A stretch of DNA of 64,000 nucleotides from an uncultured Chloroflexia bacterium (GTDB lineage Bacteria; Chloroflexota; Limnocylindria; Limnocylindrales; CSP1-4), in assembly GCA_963700555.1 (NCBI GenBank), contig CAVOXZ010000011.1, forward strand, positions 306,243 to 370,242. Direction: 5' to 3'. Position numbers and translations under genes: made by a program. The notes under the pieces are model-generated. The model saw only the letters and a program-made list of their open reading frames with translations, made no database searches and was not told the DNA's origin. Below are positions 10,746 to 21,334 of the stretch, one piece after another (position 1 is the stretch's first letter; each line of letters begins with the position of its first letter).

Positions 10746-11711
10746 GTGTCGCTCCGGATCGGGTTCCAGGTGTGGGGCCAGCACGTCTCCTGGGACGAGC
10801 TCATGGCGGAGGCACGATCCATCGAGGCGCTGGGGTTCGCCAGCCTGTGGTCCAACGACCACTTCTGGCCGGCGGCGGGCGCCGCAGCCCCATCGCCCGA
10901 GGGCGTCCCGGGCGGGTTCCTGGAGGGCTGGATCACCCTCGCCGGCTTCGCGGCCTCCACCCGGCGGATCCCGCTCGGGATCATGGTCTCCTGTGCGGGC
11001 TACCGCAATGTCGGGCTGCTGGTGAAGCAGGCGACCGCCCTCGACCACATGTCCGGGGGCCGCATGACGCTGGGTCTCGGCGCGGGCTGGCACGAGCGTG
11101 AGCACCGGGCCTTCGGGTTCGAGTTCCCGGGGATCGGAGACCGCATCTCGCGGCTGGAGGAGCAGGCGTCCGTCATCCGCCCGCTGCTCGACGGCGAGAC
11201 GGTCACCCGGCACGGCGCATGGGTCCACCTCGAGGGCGCCCGCAACGAGCCGGCACCCGTGGGCCCGCTGCCGCTGCTCATCGCCGGCAGTGGCGAGCGG
11301 CGGACGATCCCGGTGGTCGCCCGGTATGCCGACGCCTGGAACGGCGAAGGTGACCCGTCCTCCTACCGGCGCCGGAATGCCCTGCTGACCGAACGCTGCG
11401 AGGCGTCCGGCCGCGACCCCGCATCCATCATCCGGACCGTGGGGCTGCCGCCCCTGTGCATCCGTGAGACCCGCGCCGAGGCCGTGGGTGTCCTGGCCAG
11501 GATCCTGGAGCACAACGCGCTGGCGCCCGACGAGGCTCGTGCGATGGCCGAGGCCACGCCCCTCGTGGGCACGGAAGCCGACGTCCTCGAGGCGCTCGAG
11601 GCCTGGGCCGATGCCGGGGCGGCCGAGGCGGTCATCGACCGGCCCGCTCCCTTCGACGACGAGTCCCTGCAGCGGCTGGCGGCCGCCTGCGCGCTGCCCG
11701 CGACGTCATGA
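10746..11711 (+). CDS. LLM-class (luciferase-like) flavin/F420-dependent oxidoreductase
   Basis: IGFQVWGQHVSWDELMAEARSIEALGFASLWSNDHF ... LGLGAGWHEREHRAFGFEFP are typical LLM motifs. GTG start. Confidence 0.8.
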   Translation: MSLRIGFQVWGQHVSWDELMAEARSIEALGFASLWSNDHFWPAAGAAAPSPEGVPGGFLEGWITLAGFAASTRRIPLGIMVSCAGYRNVGLLVKQATALDHMSGGRMTLGLGAGWHEREHRAFGFEFPGIGDRISRLEEQASVIRPLLDGETVTRHGAWVHLEGARNEPAPVGPLPLLIAGSGERRTIPVVARYADAWNGEGDPSSYRRRNALLTERCEASGRDPASIIRTVGLPPLCIRETRAEAVGVLARILEHNALAPDEARAMAEATPLVGTEADVLEALEAWADAGAAEAVIDRPAPFDDESLQRLAAACALPATS

Positions 11712-12739
11712 CGGCCGACGACCCCGGCGCTCCGTCGCGCCGGGCCACCCTGCGCGAGGTCGCGGCCGCGGCCGGTGTTGCCACGTCCACGGTGTCGCGC
11801 TCGCTGCGTGACGACCCGCAGATCAGCCAGCGCACGCGCGACGCGGTCAAGCGGATCGCGGCCGAGTTCCAGTACATCCCGAACGCGTCCGCACGGACCC
11901 TCGCCGGCAGCGCGAGCCGGATGCTGGGCCTGGTGGTGCCGGACGTCACGGATCCTGTCCACGGCCAGATCGTCCACGGGTTCGAGGCCGCCGCCCGCCG
12001 GCAGGGGTACACGGTGATCATCGCGAGCTCCGGCTATGACGCCGGGCAGGAGCTCCTCGCGCTCCACGCGTTCACCGCCAACCAGGTCGAGGGCATGGCT
12101 TCCTTCGGCGGCACGCTCAGCCCGGGTGCGGTGCGGTCAGAGCCGGTCGGCAACGTCGTGTTCATGAACCCCGAGAACCTCGGCGACGCTGGTCCCCCGG
12201 CGGCGCGAGGGCTCATCACCTTCGACGACGAGGGAGGCATCGAGGAGGCCGTGAGGACCGCGGTGTCGATGGGCAACCGCCGCCTCGGGTTTCTCGTCGG
12301 CCCCCCCCGCGCGAGCGGTGTCCGGCGCCAGTCGGCCGTGCTGCGTGTCGCGGCGGAGCTGGGGCTGCCACCGGTCAGGCTGATCGAGGGCGCGGATGCC
12401 CGCCCCGACGCGGCGGGCCGGCGCATCCGGCGCGAGCGGCTGGACGTGGTGCTGTGCTACGACGACCAGCGGGCCCTCGTCCTTCTCGACGCCCTGCGCA
12501 ATGCCGACATCCGGGTCCCCGAGGATGTCGGCGTGATCGGGTTCGATGACATCCCGCAGGCCGCGATCAGCAACCCGCGGCTGACCACCGTGTCCGTGCC
12601 GCACGCCGACATCGGCATGCTCGCGGCGGAAGCCCTGATCGAGGGCCGGAGCGGGCAGCTACCGGCATCCACCCGGTTTCCGGCCCGTCTCGTGGTGCGG
12701 GAGTCGCTCGGAAGGGGTTCCCCGGCCGAGGCGCGCTAG
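11708..12739 (+). CDS. LacI-family transcriptional regulator
   Basis: N-terminal HTH ATLREVAAAAGVATSTVSRSLRDDPQISQRTRDAVKRIAAEFQYIPNASARTL, followed by a periplasmic-binding-fold effector domain. ATGA overlap with the upstream gene. Confidence 0.85.
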   Translation: MTADDPGAPSRRATLREVAAAAGVATSTVSRSLRDDPQISQRTRDAVKRIAAEFQYIPNASARTLAGSASRMLGLVVPDVTDPVHGQIVHGFEAAARRQGYTVIIASSGYDAGQELLALHAFTANQVEGMASFGGTLSPGAVRSEPVGNVVFMNPENLGDAGPPAARGLITFDDEGGIEEAVRTAVSMGNRRLGFLVGPPRASGVRRQSAVLRVAAELGLPPVRLIEGADARPDAAGRRIRRERLDVVLCYDDQRALVLLDALRNADIRVPEDVGVIGFDDIPQAAISNPRLTTVSVPHADIGMLAAEALIEGRSGQLPASTRFPARLVVRESLGRGSPAEAR

Positions 12740-12781
12740 ACCCCTCGAGGGCGAGCAGCCCGCGAGGCAGGGAGGCATCGC

Positions 12782-13414
12782 TCATCGCGGGGGACGGTGG
12801 CCGCCCGGCGCGGGCACGACCGAGAACACCCGTGCGTCCAGCCGCTCCCGGTCCTCGAGGATCGTCGTGGTGCGGACCTCGTAGCGGGCGAGCTCGACGA
12901 GGCCCCCGGCCTCCGGGTCGGGCAGGTACAGGCGGCCCGGGTCGCCGACCAGGACACGGGTGCCGGCCGCCGCGGCCGCGCTCAGCCACGGCGTGATCCG
13001 GCTCGCCAGCGGCCCCTCGTACCACGCGTCGGCGCAGAGGATGACGTCGGTCGCCGGGGGCGCCTCGTCGAGCAGGTCCCGCCCCGTGAAGGCGAGATGG
13101 ACGCCGTTCGCGCGGGCGTTGAGGCGGACGGCTGCCTCGGCGAACGGGTCGATGTCGGCCGCGGTGACCGCGTCCGCGCCCGCCTGGGCGGCTGCGATCG
13201 CCACCAGCCCGCTGCCGGTGGCGACGTCGAGCACGCGCCGCCCGCGCACCTCGTCGGGATGCTCTCCGAGGTACCGGGCGAGGGCGAGACCGCCGGCCCA
13301 CGCGAACGCCCAGAACGGGATCGGGGCGCCGTCGATCCCCAGCGCACGCTCGGTGGCCGGCCACAGCGTCTCGATCTCGTCGGCGAGGTGGAGGCGCACG
13401 CGCGTCCAGCCCAT
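12782..13414 (-). CDS. Class I SAM-dependent methyltransferase (small, PrmA/ETFB-KMT-like)
   Basis: SAM-binding motif RVLDVATGSGLVAIAAAQAGADAVTAADIDP, and acidic motif DVILCADAWY. Confidence 0.7.
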   Translation of the reverse strand: MGWTRVRLHLADEIETLWPATERALGIDGAPIPFWAFAWAGGLALARYLGEHPDEVRGRRVLDVATGSGLVAIAAAQAGADAVTAADIDPFAEAAVRLNARANGVHLAFTGRDLLDEAPPATDVILCADAWYEGPLASRITPWLSAAAAAGTRVLVGDPGRLYLPDPEAGGLVELARYEVRTTTILEDRERLDARVFSVVPAPGGHRPPR

Positions 13415-13530
13415 CGACCACGCGCAGCCGCGTGTGGCGGGTCACGAAGGACCGCCGGCCCGCCGGCGAGAGCGCGCGCGGAACCTCGCCGGCGTGCGAC
13501 GGGTCGATCCGGCCGGCCCGTCGGCGCATC

Positions 13531-15927
13531 TCAGGACGTCCGCTCACGGACGATCCTGCCCAGCTCCAGGTGGCGGACCGCCCGCATTGCCGGGACCTGG
13601 GACAGCAGCCCGGTCACGATGATCGCGAGGGACGTGAACAGCAGCGTCGTCGGCTGCATCTCGAGGTCGAAGCGGAACATGTCCGACGAGAACGAGGCCA
13701 TGAACACCGCCGACACCACGTACCCGATCACCAGCCCGGGCACCAGCCCGATCACGGTGAGCAGCAGGTTCTCGCCGGTGATCAGGCGGGAGATGGTGCT
13801 GCTCGGCATCCCCAGCGTCCGCAGCACCGCGATCTCCGTGGCCCGTTCCGAGATGCTGGCGACGAGGGTGTTGTAGATCAGCGCGAAGGCCAGGATCCCG
13901 CCCAGCACGACCATGACCCCGATGAACACGTAGAACAGGCCGAGGAACTGGGTCATCAGGTCGAACAGCCCGCGATTGTCGATCACCGCGGCCACGCCGC
14001 CGACCGCCCGCAGGTTCGCGGTGACGGTTTCGTGCTCGGCGTCCGGCTCGAACCTGACGTAGGCCACGTTGCGGAGGACCGGGGCGAGCGCGGGACCGAC
14101 GACGCTGGTGAGGTAGGGCAGCGACGCGTATGCGGATGTCCCCAGGGGCTCCTTCACGAACCCGGCGACCCTGACCTCCAGCGAGATCGACTGGCCGGCA
14201 GGACCCGCAAGCCCGGGCTGCGTGGTGAGGCTCAGCCGCACCGTGTCCCCGGCGGACACGTCGAGGCGGTCGCGGAGGGCCAGCCCCAGCAGGACGCCCG
14301 TTTCGGGCAGCCCGGTCCGATCCCCATCGGGAGCGTAGAAGCCGTGCATCGTGGTGCCCGGCTCGAACCCGACCACCTGGGTCAGGTAGCTGTCCGTCGA
14401 GGACGCGACCGCCACGCTCCACTCCGCCGCGGGCTCGGCAGCCTCGACGCCGTCCACCTCCCGGATCCGGGACAGCTGCGCGTCGGTCAGGGGCGCCGAC
14501 GGGTACACGGACGCATCCTGGCGCGCGACGTCCACGAACTGGCGGTTCAGGAGGATGTTGACGGTGTCGATCATCCCCCACGAGGCGAGGATCAGGGTAG
14601 AGGCCAGCACGACGCCGGCGATCGTGGCCAGGCTGCGCCGCGGATGCCGGGTGATGCCCCGCAGGGCCACTCGCCAGCGAACCGGCAAGCGCCGGACCGG
14701 CGGCAGCAGGCGCTCGAGGACGCTTGGGCGGCCGGTGCCGGTGGGCGAGACGCCGCGCATCGCCTCTGCGGGGCCGATCGAGGTGGCGTGGCGCGCCGGG
14801 AAGAACGCCGCGGCCACCGAGGCCAGCATGCCGATCGCGATCCCGGCGGCCACGGTCGTCGGGCGCACGTCCGTGACGCGGCTGGGGATCCCGAGCTCGC
14901 CCGTGTAGAGGGTGCTGATGATGCCGGCCAGCAGGGCTCCGAGCAGGGCGCCGAGCAGCGACCCCACGAGTCCGACCACGAGCCCATATCCCGTGTAGTG
15001 GGCGACGACCGCCCGCCGGCCCATGCCATTGGCGCGCAGCGTCCCGATGATCGCCCGCTGCGACGCGATCATCCGGCCCAGCAGCACGAAGGTCGCGAAG
15101 GCGGCGGCCCCGAGGAACATCGCCGGGAACGCGAGCGACAGCTCGCCGAACCCGCTGACATCCGCCTGGAGCGCGGCATTGGACGGCTGCTCGGCCCGGG
15201 TCATGACGTCGAGTGCGCCGGCGCCGAGCATCGCCTCGCGGATCGCGTCCGTGGCGGCCGACGCAGCGTCTGGCGGTGCGTAGGCGAGGCCCTGGTCCCG
15301 GACGGTGGCGGGCGACAGGCCCGCGACCAGCGGCTCCGGGGCGAAGATCACGCCGAAATCGTCGGGCAGGACGAACACCTCCTGGCGGCTGCGTGCCGGC
15401 CAGATGTACTCGGACGAGAACACCGTCCCGAGCACCCGGAGCGGTTGCCAGCCGCGGTCGCCGAGGATCTCGATGGTGTCGCCGGGCACGAGGCCGAAGT
15501 GGTCGGCCATGTGCCGCTCCACCAGGATCCCGTTGGGCACGGCCGCATCAAGCCGCCCGCCGGACAGGATCAGCACGTCGTCCACGGCCGCGGCGCTGCC
15601 GTCCGCGGGCATGCCGATCGCGCGACCGAACAGCTGGTGGTCTCCGACCCGGATCGGCGTGTCCGCCACGGAGCGCGTGCCGGTCGCCGTCACGCCCGGG
15701 ATGCCCGCGGCGGACTCGGCGACGGCAGCGGAGTCGCCGCCGACGGCAGTGACGGTCGCGAACCGGGTCTCCTCGTAGAGCTGCTCGTACGAGGACGTCA
15801 GGTTGAGGAAGGCGTCGTAGGAGGCCCCGAACAGCGCGACACCCAGGACGACGGTCACGATGACCGCCAGGAAGGGTCCCCGCCGGGCCCGGAGCTCCCG
15901 GAGCATGGACCGACCGAGGAGGTTCAC
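13531..15927 (-). CDS. ABC transporter permease with two FtsX domains (MacB-like efflux permease)
   Basis: About 800 aa with duplicated FtsX-type 4-TM modules. The probable GTG start is preceded by GGAGGAGG and overlaps the ATPase stop by GTGA. The upstream 70 codons of the track ORF are out-of-frame readthrough. Confidence 0.8.
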   Translation of the reverse strand: MNLLGRSMLRELRARRGPFLAVIVTVVLGVALFGASYDAFLNLTSSYEQLYEETRFATVTAVGGDSAAVAESAAGIPGVTATGTRSVADTPIRVGDHQLFGRAIGMPADGSAAAVDDVLILSGGRLDAAVPNGILVERHMADHFGLVPGDTIEILGDRGWQPLRVLGTVFSSEYIWPARSRQEVFVLPDDFGVIFAPEPLVAGLSPATVRDQGLAYAPPDAASAATDAIREAMLGAGALDVMTRAEQPSNAALQADVSGFGELSLAFPAMFLGAAAFATFVLLGRMIASQRAIIGTLRANGMGRRAVVAHYTGYGLVVGLVGSLLGALLGALLAGIISTLYTGELGIPSRVTDVRPTTVAAGIAIGMLASVAAAFFPARHATSIGPAEAMRGVSPTGTGRPSVLERLLPPVRRLPVRWRVALRGITRHPRRSLATIAGVVLASTLILASWGMIDTVNILLNRQFVDVARQDASVYPSAPLTDAQLSRIREVDGVEAAEPAAEWSVAVASSTDSYLTQVVGFEPGTTMHGFYAPDGDRTGLPETGVLLGLALRDRLDVSAGDTVRLSLTTQPGLAGPAGQSISLEVRVAGFVKEPLGTSAYASLPYLTSVVGPALAPVLRNVAYVRFEPDAEHETVTANLRAVGGVAAVIDNRGLFDLMTQFLGLFYVFIGVMVVLGGILAFALIYNTLVASISERATEIAVLRTLGMPSSTISRLITGENLLLTVIGLVPGLVIGYVVSAVFMASFSSDMFRFDLEMQPTTLLFTSLAIIVTGLLSQVPAMRAVRHLELGRIVRERTS

Positions 15928-16706
15928 CACGTCACCTCCTCCGGCCTGGCGGGCTGGGGCTGCCGGACGTCTTCCACGATCCGACCCGAGCGGAGGCGGA
16001 GCACGCGGTCGGCCATGGCGGCGATCGCGGAATTGTGGGTGGCAAGCAGGACCGTTCGGCCGCCGCTTCGGGCCAGCTCGTGCACGACGCCGAGGACGAC
16101 GCGCCCGACGTCGGCGTCGAGCGAGCCGGTCGGCTCGTCGCACAGCAGGATCTCGGGTGACTTGACCAGCGCCCGCGCGATCGCCACCCGCTGCTGCTCG
16201 CCACCCGACAGCGCGCTCGGGAAGTGATCCACGCGATCGCCCAGCCCCACGGCCTCGAGCGCGGCGTGGGCCTCGGGCTCGCCCTTGCCCACCAGCTCCG
16301 CGACGAGGGCCACGTTCTCGATCGCGGTGAGGGTCGGCACCAGGTTGAAGAACTGGAAGATGAAGCCGACATCCTCGCGGCGGTAGCCCGTCAGCGCCCG
16401 GTCATCGAGCCCGGCGAGGTCCCTGTCGCCGACCAGGACCCGGCCCGCCGTCGCCGTCTCGATCCCGCCGATGATGTTCATGAGCGTCGTCTTGCCCGAC
16501 CCGCTGGGCCCCAGGACCACGACGAACTCGCCGGGCGCGATCTCGAGGTCGAGGGCGCGAAGGGCATGGACCGCCACATCACCGGCACCGTAGGTCTTGG
16601 ACATGCCCTCGAGCCGGACGCGTGCTCCAGCCCGCGTCGGGCCGCCCGGTCCCGGCTGCGACGGCGCTGTCTCGGGCGCGAGGGCCTGGGCGGGTTCGTG
16701 GGTCAT
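15924..16706 (-). CDS. ABC transporter ATP-binding protein (MacB/LolD-like)
   Basis: Walker A GPSGSGKTT, Q-loop, signature LSGGEQQRVAIARAL, Walker B LLCDEPTGSLD, and an H-loop. Confidence 0.85.
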   Translation of the reverse strand: MTHEPAQALAPETAPSQPGPGGPTRAGARVRLEGMSKTYGAGDVAVHALRALDLEIAPGEFVVVLGPSGSGKTTLMNIIGGIETATAGRVLVGDRDLAGLDDRALTGYRREDVGFIFQFFNLVPTLTAIENVALVAELVGKGEPEAHAALEAVGLGDRVDHFPSALSGGEQQRVAIARALVKSPEILLCDEPTGSLDADVGRVVLGVVHELARSGGRTVLLATHNSAIAAMADRVLRLRSGRIVEDVRQPQPARPEEVTW

Positions 16707-17356
16707 GACGAGCCTCCTGGGGCGGCGGCAGCGGGCTCGCGGGCGAGCCGGAGCAGCAGGTCACGGACACCTGCGGAGTCGGTGGCCGGATCGACGATGC
16801 GCTGGAAGAGCAGCCCGTCGAGCGTGGCGGCGATGAGGGCTCCGGCTGCCTCCGGCGGCACGTCGGGCGCGACCTCGCCGGTGGCCGCGGCCGCGCGCAC
16901 GCGCGCCGTGACCAGGTCCCGAAACGCCCGGAGGGGTTCGACCACGGCTGCCGCGATCTGCGGGTCCCGCATCGCCCGGACCATCGCCTCGATCAGCAGG
17001 ACCGCGGACGGCGAGCCCGGGTCGAACCGCCCCACGGCGTCGATCGAACCGCGCAGCCCCGACGCGAACGTCCCCTCCGCGAACGGCCTCGCCGCAGCCG
17101 CGGTCTCCGACCCGAGGGCTGCGACGACCGCGGCCCGGAGGAGCGCGTCCATGGATTCGAAGTGGTAGTGGATCAGCGCGGGGTTGACCCCGGCTCGCGA
17201 TGCGACCACGCGGGTCGTCACCGCATCCCAGCCCAGCTCGGCGACCAGCTCCGCCGCCGCGATGGTGATCTTGAGGCGCGTCGCATGCCCACGCCCTGGG
17301 CTGCCGTTCCCGTCAATCTTGGGCATTTGCCCAATATTGTGCCACACGAGCGCCAC
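16703..17356 (-). CDS. TetR-family transcriptional regulator
   Basis: N-terminal [46 protein letters not shown]. It is the first gene of the tetR-ABC-FtsX operon, with ATGA overlap to the ATPase gene. Confidence 0.7.
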   Translation of the reverse strand: MALVWHNIGQMPKIDGNGSPGRGHATRLKITIAAAELVAELGWDAVTTRVVASRAGVNPALIHYHFESMDALLRAAVVAALGSETAAAARPFAEGTFASGLRGSIDAVGRFDPGSPSAVLLIEAMVRAMRDPQIAAAVVEPLRAFRDLVTARVRAAAATGEVAPDVPPEAAGALIAATLDGLLFQRIVDPATDSAGVRDLLLRLAREPAAAAPGGSS

Positions 17357-17383
17357 TCACGCGACCCGCTACACTCCCGCCTC

Positions 17384-19195
17384 GTGATCATCCCCCAGGC
17401 CCGCGTGCGGAACTTCTCGATCATCGCCCACATCGATCACGGCAAGTCCACGCTCGCGGACCGGCTGCTGGAGACGACCCACACGATCGAGGGCCGGCAG
17501 ATGATGAGCCAGGTCCTCGATTCGATGGACCTGGAGCGCGAGAAGGGAATCACGATCAAGGCCCGCGCGGTCCGCCTCGAGCACACCGCCGAGGATGGCC
17601 TGCTGTACGCCCTCAACCTGATCGACACCCCAGGCCACGTCGACTTCAGCTACGAGGTCAGCCGCAGCCTCCAGGCCTGTGAGGGCGCGATCCTCGTCGT
17701 CGACGCCGCGCAGGGAATCGAGGCCCAGACGCTGGCCAACGTCCACCTCGCCCTGCGGGAGGGGCTCACGATCATCCCGGTGCTCAACAAGATCGACCTC
17801 CCGTCGGCGCAGCCCGACGTCGTGATGGACGAGCTGGAGAACGTGCTGGCGATCCCGCGCGAGGAGGTCATCCTCGCGTCGGCCAAGGAGGGGATCGGGA
17901 TCGCCGAGATCCTCCAGGCGATCGTGGACCGGGTGCCACCGCCAGCGGGTGACCCCGCTGCCCCATTGCGCGCCCTGGTGTTCGACTCGCACTACGACGC
18001 CTACAAGGGCGTGGTCTGCTACCTGCGCCTCGCCGAGGGCACGCTCCACGACCACGACGTCATCCGCCTGATGGCGAGCGGCGCCGAGACCGAGCTGCTG
18101 GAGTTGGGGGTCTTCCGGCCGCAGCTGGTGCCGGTGAACCAGCTGGTGGCGGGCGAGGTCGGCTACGTCGCCACCGGCCTCAAGAACGTCCGCCAGGCGC
18201 AGGTCGGCGACACGGTGACCACCGTCGCCAAGCCCGCGACCGTCCCGGTGCCCGGCTACCAGGAGGCGAAGAGCCTGGTGTTTGCCGGGCTCTACCCGCT
18301 CAGCGGCCCGGACTACCCGCTGCTGCGCGACGCGCTCGAGAAGCTCCACCTCAACGACGCGAGCCTGACCTACGAGCCCGAGAGCTCGGTGGCGCTCGGC
18401 TTCGGGTTCCGGTGCGGGTTCCTCGGCCTGCTGCACATGGAGATCGTCCAGGAGCGGCTGGAACGAGAGTTCGACCTGGACCTGATCGCCAGCGCCCCGT
18501 CGGTGGAGTACCGGGTGGAGCTGACGATGAACCGGGGAGTCGTGACCGTCGACAACCCGGCCAAGTTCCCGGACGTCGGCGAGATCGAGTCCATCGAGGA
18601 GCCGTGGGTCAACCTGGGCGTCGTCACCCCGGACCGCTACATCGGCAGCCTGATGGAGCTCACCACGGGCCGCCGCGGGACGTTCAGGAACATGGAGTAC
18701 CTGGATCCCCAGCGCGTCCACATGCACTTCGAGCTGCCGCTCGCGGAGCTGATCGTGGACTACTACGACCAGCTCAAGAGCCGGAGCCAGGGCTACGCCT
18801 CGATGGACTACGAGGAGACCGGGTATCGCGCCGCGAACCTGGTCAAGCTCGACGTGCTCGTCAACGGCGAGCCCGTCGACGCCCTCAGCCTCATCGTCCA
18901 CCGCGACCGCGCGCAGACGACGGGGCGGCTGTTGACCGACAAGCTCAAGCAGCTCATCCCGCGCCAGATGTTCGAGGTCCCCGTCCAGGCCGCGATCGGC
19001 AGCCACGTCGTCGCCCGCGAGACCATCCGGGCCATGCGCAAGAACGTGCTTGCGAAGTGCTACGGTGGCGACATCAGCCGGAAGCGCAAGCTGCTCGAGA
19101 AGCAGAAGGAGGGCAAGCAGCGGATGAAGCGCGTGGGATCGGTCGAGATCCCGCAGGAGGCGTTCCTCGCGATCCTCCGCATGGGCGAGGAATGA
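17384..19195 (+). CDS. lepA: Elongation factor 4 (LepA)
   Basis: [36 protein letters not shown], and a conserved C-terminal LepA domain. The probable GTG start is at 17384. The track ORF N-terminus overlaps tetR and is not coding. Confidence 0.9.
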   Translation: MIIPQARVRNFSIIAHIDHGKSTLADRLLETTHTIEGRQMMSQVLDSMDLEREKGITIKARAVRLEHTAEDGLLYALNLIDTPGHVDFSYEVSRSLQACEGAILVVDAAQGIEAQTLANVHLALREGLTIIPVLNKIDLPSAQPDVVMDELENVLAIPREEVILASAKEGIGIAEILQAIVDRVPPPAGDPAAPLRALVFDSHYDAYKGVVCYLRLAEGTLHDHDVIRLMASGAETELLELGVFRPQLVPVNQLVAGEVGYVATGLKNVRQAQVGDTVTTVAKPATVPVPGYQEAKSLVFAGLYPLSGPDYPLLRDALEKLHLNDASLTYEPESSVALGFGFRCGFLGLLHMEIVQERLEREFDLDLIASAPSVEYRVELTMNRGVVTVDNPAKFPDVGEIESIEEPWVNLGVVTPDRYIGSLMELTTGRRGTFRNMEYLDPQRVHMHFELPLAELIVDYYDQLKSRSQGYASMDYEETGYRAANLVKLDVLVNGEPVDALSLIVHRDRAQTTGRLLTDKLKQLIPRQMFEVPVQAAIGSHVVARETIRAMRKNVLAKCYGGDISRKRKLLEKQKEGKQRMKRVGSVEIPQEAFLAILRMGEE

Positions 19196-19225
19196 CGCCA
19201 CCCACGCCTCGCTGACGCACGCCTG

Positions 19226-20026
19226 ATGCCGGATCTGCCCTTCCCCGACCTCCTCGAGCTGCTGGACCAGGTCCCGGACACCCTCCGGGTCCTGATGGTG
19301 CTCGGGCTGGTGGGGATCCTCGTCATCCTGCGCTTCGACGCGGAGCGGTTCAACGCGGCCGAGTACGACGATGTCGACCGCTGGGGCCGCGAGCCGTCGC
19401 TCCTCCGCCGCCTGGCCTGGTACGTCCTGGGCATCGGCGGGATCCTGCTCCTGCTCGAGGTCCACCCGGCGCCAGCCGTGGAGCTCTACCTCTCGCTGGG
19501 AGACCGCCTCGGGACGGTGATCCTGGGGTTGGCGTACGGCTCGATCGGGGTGGCCGTGGCCGTCGGGATCGCGCTGTACCGGTATCGCCGGGTGCGCTTT
19601 CCGCCGGTGTCGCTGTATCCGGCCAAGCTGACCAACGCGATCGCGACCGCGTTCATCGACGAGGCCGTGTTCCGCGGGGCCGTGTTCGGGTTCCTTGTGC
19701 TCACCTCGATGGACGCGAACCTCGCGAACGTGACCCAGGCGCTGCTGTACGGGCTCGCGACCCGGCTCGGGGCGCCGGGCCGGCCCTGGTACATGCTGGT
19801 GACGGTCCTCGTGATCGGCCTCGCCGGGGGCTGGCTGACGGGGATCACGGGCGGCATCGGAGCGGCATTCCTGGGCCATGCCATCACCCGGATCGCGATC
19901 TTCCTGACCACCGGTCACGCGGCCATCCCCAAGGCTCGTGGGACGGAGGAGGAGGAGGTCGAGCGGCGGCGCCAGACCCCCGAGGGCTGGCAGGTGCTGG
20001 GTCCGGGCGAGGCAGGCGACCGCTGA
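19226..20026 (+). CDS. CPBP-family (CAAX) intramembrane metalloprotease
   Basis: Polytopic membrane protein with the EExxxR-type motif FIDEAVFRGAVFGF and a later His motif (FLGHAITRI). Confidence 0.7.
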   Translation: MPDLPFPDLLELLDQVPDTLRVLMVLGLVGILVILRFDAERFNAAEYDDVDRWGREPSLLRRLAWYVLGIGGILLLLEVHPAPAVELYLSLGDRLGTVILGLAYGSIGVAVAVGIALYRYRRVRFPPVSLYPAKLTNAIATAFIDEAVFRGAVFGFLVLTSMDANLANVTQALLYGLATRLGAPGRPWYMLVTVLVIGLAGGWLTGITGGIGAAFLGHAITRIAIFLTTGHAAIPKARGTEEEEVERRRQTPEGWQVLGPGEAGDR

Positions 20027-20127
20027 CGGCGAACGACACGGTCGCGAGCGCCAGTCCGCCAACCGAGGCGCCCGGCGACGCCCCGCTCCCGGCGGCGCCC
20101 GCGGCTCGGCCCCCCGTCGCCCTCTAC

Positions 20128-21324
20128 GTGCACGTCCCGTTCTGCGTGTCGTTGTGCCCGTACTGCGATTTCGTGGTCTACGCGGGTTCGGCTGCGCGCG
20201 GGCCGGCATCACGGGTCGCGGCGTTCACCGAGGCCCTGCTCGCCGAGGTCTCGCTCCGAGCCGACGCGGTCGAGGCGGCCTTCGGGCCGGAGCGCGCCCC
20301 GCTACGGACCGTGTACCTCGGCGGAGGCACGCCGACCCTCCTGCCCTCGGCGTCGATCTCCGCGATCCTCGACCTCGTCCGCTCGCGGTTCGGCATCGCC
20401 GCCGGGGCCGAGGTGACGATAGAGGCGAACCCCGGGCCCGACGAGCGGGGCATCGCCGGCGACCTCGTCGCGGCCGGGGTCAACCGGATCTCCCTCGGGG
20501 CGCAGTCGTTCGACCCAGTGCTGCTCCGCCGGCTGGGCAGGCGCCACCGTCCGGCGGATGTGGTGGACGCGGTTCGCGAGGCACGGAGGGCCGGGATCGC
20601 TTCCCTCTCCGTTGACCTGCTCTACGACGTGCCCGGACAGTCGATGGACGTGTGGGCCGCGAGCCTGGATGCGGCGATCGACCTCGGCGTGGACCACGTC
20701 TCGGCGTACGCGCTGACGCTGGACGACCCCGACGCCGAGGGGATCACCGGCCCGACGGGCGACCACCTGCCGACGAGCGCCGGTGCCCGGCGATGGCGGG
20801 CGGCGGCCGGCTTGGAGCAGGACGAGGATCGGGCTGCGGCGCAGTACCGGCTCGCGGTCGAGCGGCTGGGACGTGCCGGGTTCCGCGGCTACGAGATCTC
20901 CAACTGGGCGCGACCCGGGTACGAGAGCCGGCACAACCTCGCCTACTGGCACCGTGATCCGTACGAGGCCGTGGGCCCGGGAGCGCACGCGTTCGACGGG
21001 GTCACCCGGCGGTGGAACGCGGCCCGCCTGGACGGGTACCTTGCAACCCTCGCACCCGGCAGCGGGGGATCGCCGTGCCTGCCTCCGGGAGGCTCGGAGC
21101 CGGTGGATGCCGACGGGGCTGCGGCCGAGGCGGTGATCCTGGCCCTGCGACTTGACGAGGGAATGGCGTGCGACGAGGCGGCTCAAAGCCCACTCGGGCC
21201 ACACGTGGGATGGGCGATCGAGACCGGGCTCCTCGAGCGCACCGAGCGACCGGACGGCGACCACCTGCGCCTGACCACCCACGGGCGGCTGCTGTCCAAC
21301 GAGCTGTTTGCACGGCTCATCTGA
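20128..21324 (+). CDS. hemW: Radical SAM heme chaperone HemW (HemN-like)
   Basis: CxxxCxxC radical-SAM motif (LYVHVPFCVSLCPYCDF) plus a HemN C-terminal domain. GTG start. Confidence 0.85.
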   Translation: MHVPFCVSLCPYCDFVVYAGSAARGPASRVAAFTEALLAEVSLRADAVEAAFGPERAPLRTVYLGGGTPTLLPSASISAILDLVRSRFGIAAGAEVTIEANPGPDERGIAGDLVAAGVNRISLGAQSFDPVLLRRLGRRHRPADVVDAVREARRAGIASLSVDLLYDVPGQSMDVWAASLDAAIDLGVDHVSAYALTLDDPDAEGITGPTGDHLPTSAGARRWRAAAGLEQDEDRAAAQYRLAVERLGRAGFRGYEISNWARPGYESRHNLAYWHRDPYEAVGPGAHAFDGVTRRWNAARLDGYLATLAPGSGGSPCLPPGGSEPVDADGAAAEAVILALRLDEGMACDEAAQSPLGPHVGWAIETGLLERTERPDGDHLRLTTHGRLLSNELFARLI

Positions 21325-21334
21325 GGAGTTGGCA

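Noticed and set aside
5272-10984. Large antisense ORFs 5272-6666 (-), 6498-7706 (-), 7388-8767 (-), 8965-9918 (-), 9848-10984 (-)
   Set aside because: Each lies antisense to a recognisable aminotransferase or ABC-transporter gene, and each has a low-complexity translation.
13432-16227. 931-aa ORF on the + strand
   Set aside because: It is antisense to the FtsX permease and ABC ATPase genes. The translation is Arg/Gly/Asp/His-rich.
17369-20212. 947-aa ORF on the - strand
   Set aside because: It is antisense to lepA and the CPBP gene, both of which have clear homolog support. The translation is low complexity.
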